A DNA stretch of 63,727 bases, counting the filler, from Lenisia limosa (lineage: Eukaryota; Protista; Breviatea), in assembly GCA_001655205.1 (NCBI GenBank). It is 7 parts of 7 records of this genome, joined end to end, with 100 filler letters (N's around TTAATTAATTAA, not from the genome) between each part and the next. Parts side by side here need not be neighbours in the genome. Positions count along the whole stretch, not along the records: positions 38,381 to 45,112 come from LPNZ01007491.1; positions 45,213 to 47,866 come from LPNZ01005693.1; positions 47,967 to 61,181 come from LPNZ01008542.1; 4 more parts are not named here. One strand, written 5' to 3'. How positions within the stretch are numbered: the first letter of the stretch is position 1; each line of letters starts with the position of its first letter. Positions 42,740-55,379 of the stretch are shown here, one piece after another. The position numbers and the translations under genes are program-made. Under the pieces are notes generated by a model, which searched no databases, was not told the DNA's origin, and worked only from the letters and a program-made list of their open reading frames with translations.

Positions 42740-44905
42740 AGTCTTCGTTGCTCCACGGAAAGGCGGCTCATGTTAAGTCCAGCTCAAACCNNNNNNNNNN
42801 NNNNNNNNNNNNNNNNNNNNNNNNNNNNNNNNNNNNNNNNNNNNNNNCCGCCACTGCTGCTGTTCTCCAAATGGAAGGCCGCGAAGAAGGTGAGTGCCTC
42901 CTCCCACATTGTTGTCTTTGTACTTTTCATATTATTTTTAAGAAATCAAGATGGTGAACTTTTCTCAGAATTTTCACTGTATCGATATAGAACTTTGACT
43001 ACTTTTTTATTTGTTGCAGGAAGTAATGACGAGAGAACAAGCCGATAGTTTGCTAGCTCTAAATCCGTCTAACGTTGTAAAAATGTTCAAGGTGAGGCTT
43101 GGAGGATGGGGGCAGATTTATTTACTGACTATTCACTTGAACATGGTAAAGAGATATCCTATCAAATATTTCCATAAGAAAAATAATATACTATCTAACA
43201 CAATTCATGTACTAACTGCACAGACATACGCGCCACTTTCGTCATTCGCGCCGCCGCCACCCGAGAAGCAGCACCTTCACAACGTTTTTTATCAGTCTTT
43301 CAATAACGCGGTGATGGTAGGCTGGATTAGCAACCCAAGCTCTTTTCCTTGACAAAAGAGTTTCTTTTTGTTTTCTAAATTATGTTGATATTTATGTAAT
43401 TTTTTGGCGGGAAAATTGGTTTCTTTAGATTGTAGTAATCACTTACAATATTTCTTCTCAGATACTCCCTTTCTGTTTCTTATTTCACTTATTACAGTCG
43501 AACACAAACACTTGCAAGCCGTATTCAGGTTTGAACTACAGTTTACTAACTAATGGCATAAATATGAGTACAGCGATATTGGGAGATAATTTACGTCTGG
43601 ATAATAATCATTTTCAGTTAAGTACTAACAGAGCTTTTTGATTGTCACTGCTTCCAATTCGGTATTTTTCATGCAATCCAGTTGGAATATTTGGCTGTGA
43701 GCTCTTCGTCGACTTCTTCACGTATGTTGTGCCGACTTTCTCATTTCTCTCACGATATGATATTTTATATTGACCAGGTTCTACTCTCTTGTTTGCATTT
43801 GCATAACAACCTACAAGTGTTGGCCAGATACTATATTTTGATTGCATATCTATAGATATTATATGATATCATATGTGTTTGAAGTTGCGTAAACCTAACA
43901 ACTTCTTTTTTTTTTGAAACTGAAGTTGAACGTTGTTTTCTTATGATAGCAGATAAGTGAATATCAAACTAACACCTTTACTAGATACTCCTTTTTTTTC
44001 ATTTCAACCGAGTGATCAACATGATTGTGTAACAGAGGTATATATCATATATAATATGATGTACCTTATCAGTCGAGGCATTTTCTCCTATTCTCACCGT
44101 CCTAGTGAACCGGAGAACCTGGTAGCCTCAGGGCTCTATGCCGAATATTCGGTCCGCACGCTCGACCCCTCAAAAACTGGACCAAGGTTGGGGGGGGGGG
44201 GNNNNNNNNNNNNNNNNNNNNNNNNNNNNNNNNNNNNNNNNNNNNNNNNNNNNNNNNNNNNNNNNNNNNNNNNNNNNNNNNNNNAAGTTACCAATCTTTT
44301 CTCTCAAATGAAATGCTTTTTGGCAAACTGTCTTTTTAAAATGTGGTGTGCCTCACCTACTTAAATGTTTTAAATCTGGTCTATTATGATTATACACTAT
44401 ATCACATAATATAAAAGTATACTATGTAGAGATATGCAGATGTTTATGTAGATATAATGACGACACTCTCACTGAGCTGCAGCCCCCTTGCTGCTGATCA
44501 TGAATCGATGAGTCTCAATGGCGTCCTTGAGAAAATCCCCCGCATGAACCTGAATAAGGTGAGCGTGAACAAGAAAAAGTTGAGCTTTTATAAAAAGAGT
44601 TGAAGTAAGTTTCAAAAACTGAAACCCTGTGTTAAGCCAAAGAAATAGAAATCCGTTACCCCCCCCCCCNNNNNNNNNNNNNNNNNNNNNNNNNNNNNNN
44701 NNNNNNNNNNNNNNNNNNNNNNNNNNNNNNNNNNNNNNNNNNNNNNNNNNNNNNNNNNNNNNNNNNNNNNNNNNNNNNNNNNNNNNNNNNNNNNNNNNNN
44801 NNNNNNNNNNNNNNNNNNNNNNNNNNNNNNNNNNNGAAAACCAAGACGTCTCCCTTGAACGGTGTGTAATTATTTTTCATAATAGCTATGAGCATGTACT
44901 ATGAG
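42740..44905 (+). CDS. Unidentified multi-exon protein (start and end uncertain)
   Basis: Exons VMTREQADSLLALNPSNVVKMFK / TYAPLSSFAPPPPEKQHLHNVFYQSFNNAVM / HRPSEPENLVASGLYAEYSVRTLDPSKTGP / PLAADHESMSLNGVLEKIPRMNLNK. Confidence 0.5.
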
Positions 44906-45229
44906 ATAGGTATTATCATAGCTATTAGAATGTACTCTGTGATAGTAGTTCTCCAGTGATTGAGGATCAATTAATATAATGGCGGTGGTTGATACTAGAC
45001 CAATATATTATATATGTCAGTTCAAAATTCCGGTTTTTTTGCAAGATCCGGTTTTTTTTTAAAATTCACCTTATACCCCAGGATTTTTAATAAAAAATGT
45101 TTTTGACAAAAANNNNNNNNNNNNNNNNNNNNNNNNNNNNNNNNNNNNNNNNNNNNTTAATTAATTAANNNNNNNNNNNNNNNNNNNNNNNNNNNNNNNN
45201 NNNNNNNNNNNNCACCCCCCCCCGCGCAG

Positions 45230-45546
45230 CCTCCCGAACCGGTTGAGTCCCTGGTACGTTCGCACTCGCTGTCGATGACGGGCCTTCTTGCTGCCGGCGT
45301 ACCAACCGAGCCGCTGAGGAAACCGCCACTCCCGCCAATTCCTCCCACGGTTGGGGCTCTGGAGTTATTGGGAAGTTGCTTGGAAGTTGCTGGGAAGGAA
45401 TTACTCCATTGTACAACCCCAACTTATCTATTGGTTTAATCTCTCCATTTTGCATTCTTATTTTATCATTCCTTTAGGGCAAAACTCCCGTCAACCCCTC
45501 AGAAAGCATAGACAAGGAACCCCTTCCGTTCGGGGGAGGAGAATGA
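45230..45546 (+). CDS. Proline-rich C-terminal exons of an unidentified gene
   Basis: PPEPVESLVRSHSLSMTGLLAAGVPTEPLRKPPLPPIPPT / GKTPVNPSESIDKEPLPFGGGE*. Confidence 0.45.
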
Positions 45547-45624
45547 GGGGGTTGGATGTAATACATGCAAATCATATATAGTATATATATTATGTATATA
45601 TACGCAGAAAGCTGTGGCACAGAG

Positions 45625-45750
45625 GTATATTGCAAATGATTGGGTGAATTAATATTATGCTGTAATCCAATATTTCTTATAAGCGTGATGGGTGTGGTCG
45701 ACTTCGGCCAGTTACAACAATATTTTTTTTTATTTCTCATTGCTAGACTG
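45625..45750 (+). repeat. Family D interspersed repeat (longest copy)
   Basis: gcaaatgattgggtgaattaat..ctgtaatccaatatttcttataagcgtgatg..acttcggccagttacaacaatatttttttttatttctcattgc; siblings listed in findings. Confidence 0.75.
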
Positions 45751-45849
45751 ATTTATCGATAATTTTTAGTGAAAATCAATATATTCTGTTCTTATAGAAC
45801 TATACATATAGTTTAGTGCATACCTATGATTTGAAAATTAAGCACCCAC

Positions 45850-46637
45850 TCACTTCACAGGAGTATACCGCAAGCGACCGAAAAAAGAGTTTCCGAAGTG
45901 GTGAGGAGCATGATGGATACCTGGGGTGGACGGCTTAGGATCATGATGGATATCTGGGGTATTTAATTCTCATTTTCTACGTTTGTTTTAAGGGAATAAT
46001 AAGTTTTTTAACTTACATGTTTGCGATCACAATTTCTACTTTTTCTCTTTTCAAAACAGTTGTCCTCTTTTTTGCTTTGCTTACCTTTTCTTACCTTGGT
46101 CAACATTATTATTATTGACGTCACGTGTTTGTTTCATTTGTAACTCGATGCTCAATTGCTTGATCTTTCGATCATGCTTCCTATCGTATTCGCTGTTTTC
46201 TTTGTACATAATACATGATGACAGCACCAAACCGCTTTATTTGAGAAAAAGTGATTAGTTATCTTAGCACACTTTCGACGTCTGCTACGACTCGTGGTAG
46301 AACTGTTCCTGTTTGTGTGACAGTTGAACACTAATATGGACAAAAGTGGCTTTCAACAAGACTTAACAGAACCTCTCATGAGCTGAGCCATCGAAGCGTG
46401 CTCACCACACTTCGATGAAGTAGTTTACCCGCCGAAAGCAATTGACACGAAGACCTCTGTACAATTTTTTTGTGGTATTTTTACCAACTTGTCCATATGG
46501 GCTGTGCTGCTTAGCTGGCTATTTACTGCCGCGTTGAGAACAGTTGTAATGGGCAGGTTTCCGGAAGCGTCGGGGAGAAGGGGGGGCTTGCATGACGGCG
46601 CGTTGAGAGCGGTGCAATTGGCGTTAATGCGCTTCAT
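45850..46637 (-). CDS. Small multi-exon protein with a short coiled-coil, unknown function
   Basis: MKRINANCTALNAPSCKPPLLPDASG.. / EYDRKHDRKIKQLSIELQMKQTRD.. / GIHHAPHHFGNSFFGRLRYTPVK*; one internal phase unresolved. Confidence 0.4.
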
Positions 46638-47575
46638 GAGGACGTTGGTGTGCTTAAGAGTCAACGAAATACAAACAAACCCAACTGTAAGAAGAACGCC
46701 TCAACATACGAAACCACGCAAACACGTTTAACCTGAGGAAGCTCGAAATCGGCCTGAAAATTTAATTTGTAATTGAAGAATCAACACAAACCCAATCCCC
46801 AAGCGAACAGTCATCTCCAAGGATCGTTTGAGAGATCGGGGCATAATCTAAAGTTTAAATATTTGATGAAACCTTGATTATTGTAAAATTGAATATATAA
46901 ACGTATCGTGAAAAACTCACCCTGTTTCTAGTATTCTGACGTCCATCAACAAAGGTAATAGTATTTATCATACAGCCTCAACCCTCATATACAGGTGTGA
47001 CGTCAGGATAATCATTAATCTGAGCGGTTAATCCGAAATAAATGGGCAATCTTTTTCATTCCATTCCACCCAAAAAAAAAACATTGCAGAGTTATTTACT
47101 GATAAAAGTCCCAATATACTCTCAATTACCGTTCGTAGTGTGTCACATATCACACGAACGTGAAGAGGGGGACTGCACTTCTCCCATCATCGGGACGACC
47201 CCCCTTCCTTTGGGTAAGGCCAGCTGCAGCTCTCTTCGGTCCGGAATCAGAGGGATACCTTGCGGGGTTCAGTCTTACCCTGGTCCTCTGCGACACCATT
47301 TTGTACAACCGCTGCGTCAATTCTTCTGGATAAACGATTATCGAATAGCATCAGATTTCTACTAAACAGGTGTTCACAGTCATGTATAATTGTCTTATTA
47401 TTATTTCTGCTATTTCTTGCGTACACATGACGCTATGATAAATTTTCCCGTATTATTGACTGTTTTTATTATTATTTCTTACATTTTTTTGCTACGTCTC
47501 TGGTACTGTATTGCATGGTTTGAGTTAAAAAACATAATTCTTATATTCAAGGATGGCAAGAAGAGGCATCAAACA

Positions 47576-47741
47576 ATGTCCTTCGCGAACCTCCCAGTTG
47601 ACACTGAGATGATGGAGGAATATGTAGACGAGATGAAGAGGAGCTGGAGTACGAGTAAGATTGACGACAGTTTCCATGACCGATTTGAGACATCGCGGGA
47701 TAACGACTCGCTTTTCGAACATCTGTCTCAGCTAGATAAGG
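47576..47741 (+). CDS. Acidic exon of an unidentified gene, cut by spacer
   Basis: MSFANLPVDTEMMEEYVDEMKRSWSTSKIDDSFHDRFETSRDNDSLFEHLSQLDK followed by a gtgagg donor. Confidence 0.45.
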
Positions 47742-47989
47742 GTGAGGGAGGGGGGAGGAAAAGGGAGGGTTGATAGGCGTTGTTAGGCTGAAAAGGGGTG
47801 GTGGGGGCAGGTTCTTCTGTTGGTTAGAATTGGAGTAGGGGAAGGAAGTGCTGATTTAATTGTACANNNNNNNNNNNNNNNNNNNNNNNNNNNNNNNNNN
47901 NNNNNNNNNNTTAATTAATTAANNNNNNNNNNNNNNNNNNNNNNNNNNNNNNNNNNNNNNNNNNNNTATTTCGTTTCATAAAACCAACC

Positions 47990-50713
47990 GCCCACCAACC
48001 TTGACAAAATTATCCCTATGAAGCACGCAATCCTCGCGGAACAGACGGTGCTGTGTCACGCCGTTGAAGTCCAAACGGTCCAAAACCGGATTGGCATACT
48101 GGAGAGGGAATGTGTTAGAAATAATCTGAAATCAAATCAAAGAAGACCAATCAACACTGTTGGATAAATCAAAGAAGACCAATCAACACTGTTGGATAAA
48201 TCAAAGCAAAGATCATAATCAACTCTGTTGGACAAACATGGAGAAATAAGGGGGTTAAAAATCACGGAATATAAAGGGGAGTGGCACAAAGGAAACTTCG
48301 ACAGAGGATAAGATCACCCACTTTGTCAAGAGAAGCAGTGAACACAACAACTTCGAAAAGTTCTCCGACAACCTCAAGGAAGAAGTCCACCCCGGGCCTC
48401 TTGGCCACATATACCTAATCCGGATAAGGAGGCTGCTATATGGGGAAGAAAAAAGGAGACATAAAATGAGAATGTGGGAAGAATGGAATTTGTGACAACA
48501 GAAAAACCTTTTAGTTTCGACAATAACAACATCATTATAAAACAAGCTGGTATACGAAATAAATAATGGTAACTCATAATACTCCTCTCTCACCTGGTGG
48601 GTTTTCCCTTCAATTTCCACTGGAATTACAAAGTTGGGATTGGGCATTGGCTGAAGAGTTAAAGGGAAAAAAGAATAAGCATGATGGTAAAGAGTAAAAT
48701 GCGGAAAAAGTAAGCATGATGGTAGAGAGTGAAGTGCGGCAAAAAATTAGCGTGATGGTGTGGAGTCTTCCTTCTTAGCAAAAATGTGAGCAAAGTTGTA
48801 CTGTGGCAATGTGGCAATGAGTGAAAAAGGGGACGGCTTTGGTCAGATACTCCCCTTTTTCCTCTCATGATATATAGAAAAAAGGACTACCCAACCGAAG
48901 CCGACCAATCGATGAAGGATATCGATTGTTAGTACTACGTGAAGCAATTTTGTGAAGAAAATGAACCAAATGTGAAATGAATATCAAGATGAAGTTTTCG
49001 TTGCAACATCTAATAATCAAATATTAAAATAACAAGTGGGTTTCTGTACATAAGCACTTATTAGCAGAATCCATCCACACCATACATGTATGTACATACT
49101 ATATAATATATATAGGGCTTCACTTCGGTTCGAAAAAGTCTGCTAAAATATCGATAGTTTTCGAGGATTTATCAAGAAATTCAGTCATTTTTTTGAATCG
49201 AAGTGAAGCCCTATCCACACCATACATGCATTTACATACTACATGTATCATATACACCAACTCACTGTGAATGAGGAGTGGACAAGAGTTTCGTCAAGGT
49301 CCAGAACCAGGCACCTGCACAAGGGTGAGGAATACAGAAAGGGGGGGGGGGGTAAAACNNNNNNNNNNNNNNNNNNNNNNNNNNNNNNNNNNNNNNNNNN
49401 NNNNNNNNNNNNNNNNNNNNNNNNNNNNNNNNNNNNNNNNNNNNNNNNNNNNNNNNNNNNNNNNNNNNNNNNNNNNNNNNNNNNNNNNNNNNNNNNNNNN
49501 NNNNNNNNCAATTAATTGCCATTTTTGCGATAGTCAAACAGAAAAGCCTCGCGCCAACTTTTTGTGTTGAAACTCCTGGGTGAGGGGAGGCAGAAGGTAC
49601 TGTCGTAGGGGAGAAGTCTACAGGAATAAGGCAAGTCTACAGTAAGGGAAGTCTACAAGAATAAGCGGCTGTTGAGCGGGGTGTGAGGAAGTGTATTTGT
49701 TGAAAGAGCAAGAGGTACAGCGGGAAAATTAAGAAGGAAACGGCTAAAAATTTTAGAGCTAATCATGGCAAAAAAAAAAACTCAATATAAGGCGTACTTC
49801 AAGGGATAAATTTATCGCCACACCAAAGGTAAAGTTGCAAGTATAAGGCCAAAAGTAAAAACAGAAGAAGAAATGACCTTTGCTTCAATTTCTTCCAGAA
49901 TGATTTGGGGATAAACAATCACCATAATATCAGAGTAGCATCAAGCTTATTTTGACCAAGTAAAATTGAGTGTTGTAAAAGTTTAGATATTTTTTTGATA
50001 GTTGCCATGTCTTTTAGGGCCAAACGTAAAGCTCAACGTTCAAAAGAAGACCCAGAGAATGTAAAACCAACAAAAAAAAAAAAAAAAAAAAAANNNNNNN
50101 NNNNNNNNNNNNNNNNNNNNNNNNNNNNNNNNNNNNNNNNNNNNNNNNNNNNNNNNNNNNNNNNNNNNNNNNNNAAGGAGTTATTCGGTCGTTCGATAGC
50201 ACGCCCTTTATTAGCCATAGCAAAAACACAAAGTAGAAAAGGAGGATAGATCTGATTACTCAAAGCGGGTGAACTCACAAGTGGCTGGGTGGGGAGTTCA
50301 GACTCAGACTCGCGAATGGACTGCTCTCTTGCCGGCTTTCCTCCGCTTCCACAACAGCCAAAGATCCTCGCGAAGAAGCCAGGGCGCTTGCGAGGGGGAG
50401 GTGGCTTATTCACCGATGTTGTCGACTGTGTAGGGGCTGTTGAACCTGTGAAGCGGTCAGAAACCTTTAGTATTCCTCTCAAAGCGAACCAGCAGAGTAG
50501 ATTGGGTCATTCTGAGGTGATATGCTGGAGGTATCGTCCGATTCTTCCGGGTTGGGAACTAAATTCGTCAAATCCCATCCGTCTAAACACAACAGCAATA
50601 TAATACAGCCTTAGATCAGCATTCAAAGGGACGCTTAGCCACAACTGGCTCAAATACTTATTCAGCCAAATCAACAGCCTACCTGATGAAATGGGATTAC
50701 TTGAGGCGTTCAT
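47990..50713 (-). CDS. CTD small phosphatase-like (SCP/Psr1, FCP1/HAD family), 3' cut by spacer
   Basis: [11 protein letters not shown]-terminal motif; [16 protein letters not shown] (DxDx(T/V)); [56 protein letters not shown]. Confidence 0.93.
49115..49211. mobile_element. Family B MITE, complete copy (~97 bp) in a CTDSP intron
   Basis: TIRs gggcttcacttcggttcgaaaaa / tttttgaatcgaagtgaagccc; TA on both sides. Confidence 0.85.
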
Positions 50714-51349
50714 TATTTTGTTCAGTTGAGCCGGAGCTAGATTAGTGGCAGGGCAGAGGCCCTTGCTTTTAGAGGGAAGCCTTCTCCAAAATCTTTCAAT
50801 TGTAGTTGACAATAACAACACTTAGCGAGAACAGAGGGTTTGTATAAGTTCAAGAGAAAAAGTGAAATAAGTCAGTCTGAATAACTGTCTTAAACACCTT
50901 TAGTCACACACCCCAAGTCTCCTTGTTTTATAGCAGTCTAGAACTGAAAAGTGGCCGAAAAGGTCAAAATTGTCAGATTGTATAAAAATAATGGCTCGGA
51001 TAACTAACCGATCACCCTAACCCCTTTCTTCATATGATTCTTACCTGCATTGCTAAATCTTCAAGTACGTATGTGCGAAGCTCCAATGCATGGACTATCC
51101 AAGATGTGTATAAAACTCTAAAATTCAGCTGTACTTACCCCAAAAAACATATATCACCCATTAAACAACCAGGAAAAACACAGCTAGAACCATTAGAGCC
51201 CACGAAGACGCGAGAGAAGCCGCCGGGGACACCGGGAGGACTTTGCAGTTCGTCTCGGTCTGAATGTTGAGTTTATGACTCCGTGCAATGAATTGTGAAA
51301 TTAATTTGGGACTTGGAAGTGGACATATTGTAACAAGAACAAGACACTT

Positions 51350-54300
51350 TTAATTTGACTTGTCACAAAATTTCCTCAAGAAGACTTCTTGTTGAGATCA
51401 ACAGTATCCACCACCAAACGCCTCCCAAAATTAATAATGGCGCTCTTTCACTTTCGTCCCAATAAGGGTAAAATATTACAAATATTACCAGTATAGTTTG
51501 GCATAGCCAGTTCAGTTTTTTTATTTTCGAAGCGAAATGAAGCTAATAATACCCCCCTCCCCCACCTCGTTCGCCATAGATCCAACATTGACCCTGTAGA
51601 CGCAGTAAGAAAGGTCCTCACAGTCCACGTTACAGTGGTAACAGTTCTTCAAGTTACAGTCGGAGTCTGGTGGAAGTCATATGATGAGAAAAGTTCATTG
51701 GGAAAAGATGTAAAATAAGTTGGTACTGTGATATATGATATACAGTGACCGGGATAAGTCTTGACATATTTTCCTTGGGAAATCATGTGTTAAATCGGTT
51801 AAGACTTATCCCGAAGTGTATAAAAATAAGTTCGGACTCTAATGGACTGTGATGTAAAATAATTTCGGACAATGATGAACTGTGATGTCAAAAAAGTTCG
51901 GACTATGATGGACTGTGATGTAAAATAAGTTCGAACTATGATGGGTGATGTAAAATAAGTTCGGACTATGATGGACTGTGATGTTAAATAAGTTGGTATG
52001 ATGATGGGTTTAAAACATATTGCTTCAATTACTAATAATAATTGGAAAATACATATGATATCTTAGTATACCCACCTTGAAAGCATATTGTATCTTGTTA
52101 CCCCCNNNNNNNNNNNNNNNNNNNNNNNNNNNNNNNNNNNNNNNNNNNNNNNNNNNNNNNNNNNNNNNNNNNNNNNNNNNNNNNNNNNNNNNNNNNNNNN
52201 NNNNNNNNNNNNNNNNNNNNNNNNNNNNTTCGCAGTCATTTTTGCAGAAGTCGGTATCAGCGCATGTGCGTCTAGGGAGGGGTGTGGGTAAAGACAGGAA
52301 GTTCCATGAGGTATATTGGAGTTCCGAAAAATAACAAAACAAAACAAAAAAAAACCCCTCATCTTTGGTGGTTTTGAGAAACCTACGAGGTAGTTCATTC
52401 ATGGAATGTAATATGATAATTACGGAGACTGCCCTGTCTAGCATTGAAATACCGCTCAAATAAACACATTATTGCCGTCTGAATCACTAAAAGAAGGCCA
52501 AAAGAACAATAGAATGCACTGCTCACCTCGAGCGGAAGTAGCTGATCTTGATGAAACACTCATACCTGTACCCCTCCCTCATACCTGCATCCCACAATGT
52601 CGAGCTGGCAGTTAGACGGACAGTTTGAGGAGCAAAACTCAATCACTATGGCGGTAAATAGAGGTGCAAGAGCCATGTCATTGGTAAATAATGTAGTATA
52701 GTCGTATTTCGGGATATAAGGAACGTAATTACAGCATTTTGAAGACATCTAAAAAACTCCAGCCTATCTTCCTCAGAGCAGCTTCACATAAGAAACTCAA
52801 ACCAGACAGTAATTTTCAACACCATGGCTTGACCGGTCCGAAAGAGATCGACAAAATATCAGTAGTTTTTTTGAATCAAAGTGAAGCCCAAGTCATAACG
52901 CCTACAATGGGCTTGGTTGCACTCCTCCTCATAGTAAAAGTTGCAGAGTTTGAGGTTGTTGTTGCGGGTAGCATCGTCTCCCGGGTTCTCATTACTCCAC
53001 TAAATAGGGATCAGAAATGATGTCCCGTATCCCCAAGTGATATGAACATCTCAACGATTTTAAGTGATATCATCTCAACCATTTTGTCAGAATAGACAGC
53101 ACGAGGAGTTGCGTGTATCAGAGGTCTTGGTATTGGATTACACGAACGCTTACCAAATTTTTGGGTTGTTTTATACCCCCCCCCCCCCNNNNNNNNNNNN
53201 NNNNNNNNNNNNNNNNNNNNNNNNNNNNNNNNNNNNNNNNNNNNNNNNNNNNNNNNNNNNNNNNNNNNNNNNNNGGTCGTTATAAGTCGATTCAGCGAAC
53301 ATTTCGTTGAAGGGCAAAACATCTGCCATCACTCCACCAGCGACACAGGCCTGGAGGGGGCGGGGAGGGGGGTAAAAATGGAAAATTTCTGAAATAAAAA
53401 AAGCCCAAATCAACTCTGCTGGTTCATCATTTGGAAACACATAAGGGTTAATACATCGAAACAAATACAGCTCAAGCCAGTTGATTCCCGGTGGTGAGTG
53501 ATAAAAATATACTGTTTTTGGTTTGAAAAAAATAGAGAAACAACCCTGAGATATTACAAAATATCAAACAGTTACGACCAAAGGAGGGGTGGGGAGTAGG
53601 AGGAAGGGGGGAGGAAAAGATAGGAAGAAGAATCCCAAGCCTGGAGGGGTCGAGTGAGGTAAAAATGAAAAAATTTTTAACAAAGAAAAGAACAACTCTT
53701 TTGGATCAATATTTAACAAATACATGAGGATTGAAGACAACAAAACAAAGGTCAGTCGGTCTGGAGGCTGGGTGGGAGGGTGATTAATCATTAGAATAGA
53801 TGGACACATTTCCAAACTAGTGCTTTTGTTACAAAAGTGGCTGATTAGAACACCTTCACTCCCTGTCTTCTAATCAGCCACTTTTGTAAAATGTCGAAAG
53901 TTAGAGGATTTTTTGAAAAAGTTGATTTATTCTTGGACTATGATAAACCCTTTTTGTGATGTGAAATAGTAGACAATATGGTGTAACTCTTCATATTTGG
54001 TTCAAATAAGGGAATTTTCGAACCTGAATATTGGTTTTGTGATATCCAAGCAGAAGCTCTGATGTATATGAACATGTCTAATAATTAATTCAATAGTTGC
54101 TACTCTCCATTCTCCCACCTTTCCAACATTGCCGCAGAATGTGGCTTCCTTATCTCCTGTCACAGCAACGCATTGGTCCTAAACTATCAGAGATTGAACT
54201 GCTTGAATATGATATATGATATATTACTGTATAGGATTTTTTGAGAATAAACAAAGACATTGTACCGCATTGGCTTCATATAAACTTGTCGCATCAGCAT

Positions 54301-54692
54301 GTCCATACTATCTGGAAATGTATAATCTTTTTCATTTCGACTCGCAAGTAGGATAATTAATTATATATAATACTTTAGCGTCAGTTACAAACAAGAGAAC
54401 GACGGTTTGTTAGTTCTTTTATTCATATCACATTTTCAGGTGATCGTTTTACTGATGTACCATGATTTGAACATAAAAAGTTGTAAAACCAATCACAAGC
54501 ACCTAAATACACGGGCGAGTGTGGGTAGTAAGATGCTGTAAAGAAGAAATGATCTTGTGAAGGCGCTCGGGATGCTGATTCAGACCCTTGGGGCATTGAA
54601 ATCCATCATACCAATTCAGCAGCTTGGATAACCGAAGCAAGAAGAGAGGAGAATACAGCGATAGCACATAGCAGAAACGTACTTGTTGACAT
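51350..54692 (-). CDS. Secreted or surface cysteine-rich protein, multi-exon; 3' end uncertain
   Basis: Signal-peptide-like MSTSTFLLCAIAVFSSLLASVIQAAEL; Cys-rich exons DQCVAVTGDKEATFCGNVGK, SFCLDI, LKLCNFYYEEECNQ, EFCSSNCPSNCQLDIVGC, RTCADTDFCKNDCE, DSDCNLKNCYHCNVDCEDLSYC. Confidence 0.65.
51821..52010. repeat. 33-bp intronic minisatellite, about 5-6 imperfect copies
   Basis: Unit gatgtaaaataagttcggactatgatggactgt. Confidence 0.9.
53355..53480 (-). repeat. Family A element abutting an acceptor in the Cys-rich gene
   Basis: Plus strand ggggagggggtaaaaatggaaaatttctgaaataaaaaaagcccaaatcaactctgct; diverged sibling at ~53640-53770. Confidence 0.8.
53829..53889. repeat. Perfect 22-bp inverted repeat with 17-nt loop
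   Basis: ttacaaaagtggctgattagaa ... ttctaatcagccacttttgtaa. Confidence 0.9.
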
Positions 54693-55379
54693 CGTGTTAT
54701 TTGACGCTAATTCTAGATTAGATACAGATTAATAATAAAAGTGAACAGATAGAATGCCAGATATACGCGTCTGTTTGGCCGGAAACCTGTTCAAACAGAG
54801 GTATATAGGAGACTGCCACAATAACGCACCTGATACTGACTGAATGTGTTAGTTTATAGACGTTTTAACATAAATTTTCGTGTTTGCGCTTTTTTTCAAC
54901 TATTTTTGCTTAAATAGTCCCGGTCGCGACACTTGTCCTAATATCGCGAGATTTTCTTGTCTTCTTGTCTTCCCTCTCAGCCCTCTCTATCTTTCTCGGC
55001 CTCTGATAGTTGTTTTTTATTGTGTTATTTTGTGTGACTAGTGTGTGACTGTCAATCGTCAGACCTTCCCGGCCAACCGACTTGATATCTTTCAGCAGTG
55101 TTACTTCTTGAATTTAGCTACAGTAAGACGGTTGATGTGGTTTGTCTGCTATTCATTTGGATACGATTGAAGGTGTACAATTTTGGGTCATCTAAGAATG
55201 GGTATGTGTAGAAATATCACACAAGTGTAGCTGTGCATGACAGACAGTTCAGAACATTTGTTTTGATTCACAATTGTATGTGATACCCCCTACCCCCGGC
55301 GGGCAATATTACCACAGATCATTATCCTCCTCTTCACAATGTTTTGGGGAAACCTGTTTAATTTTCTACCCCTAGCACA

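Noticed and set aside
55165-55260. aattttggg (Sm-site-like) and aagtgtag upstream of SmD3 as an snRNA
   Set aside because: No other U2, U4 or U5 hallmark seen
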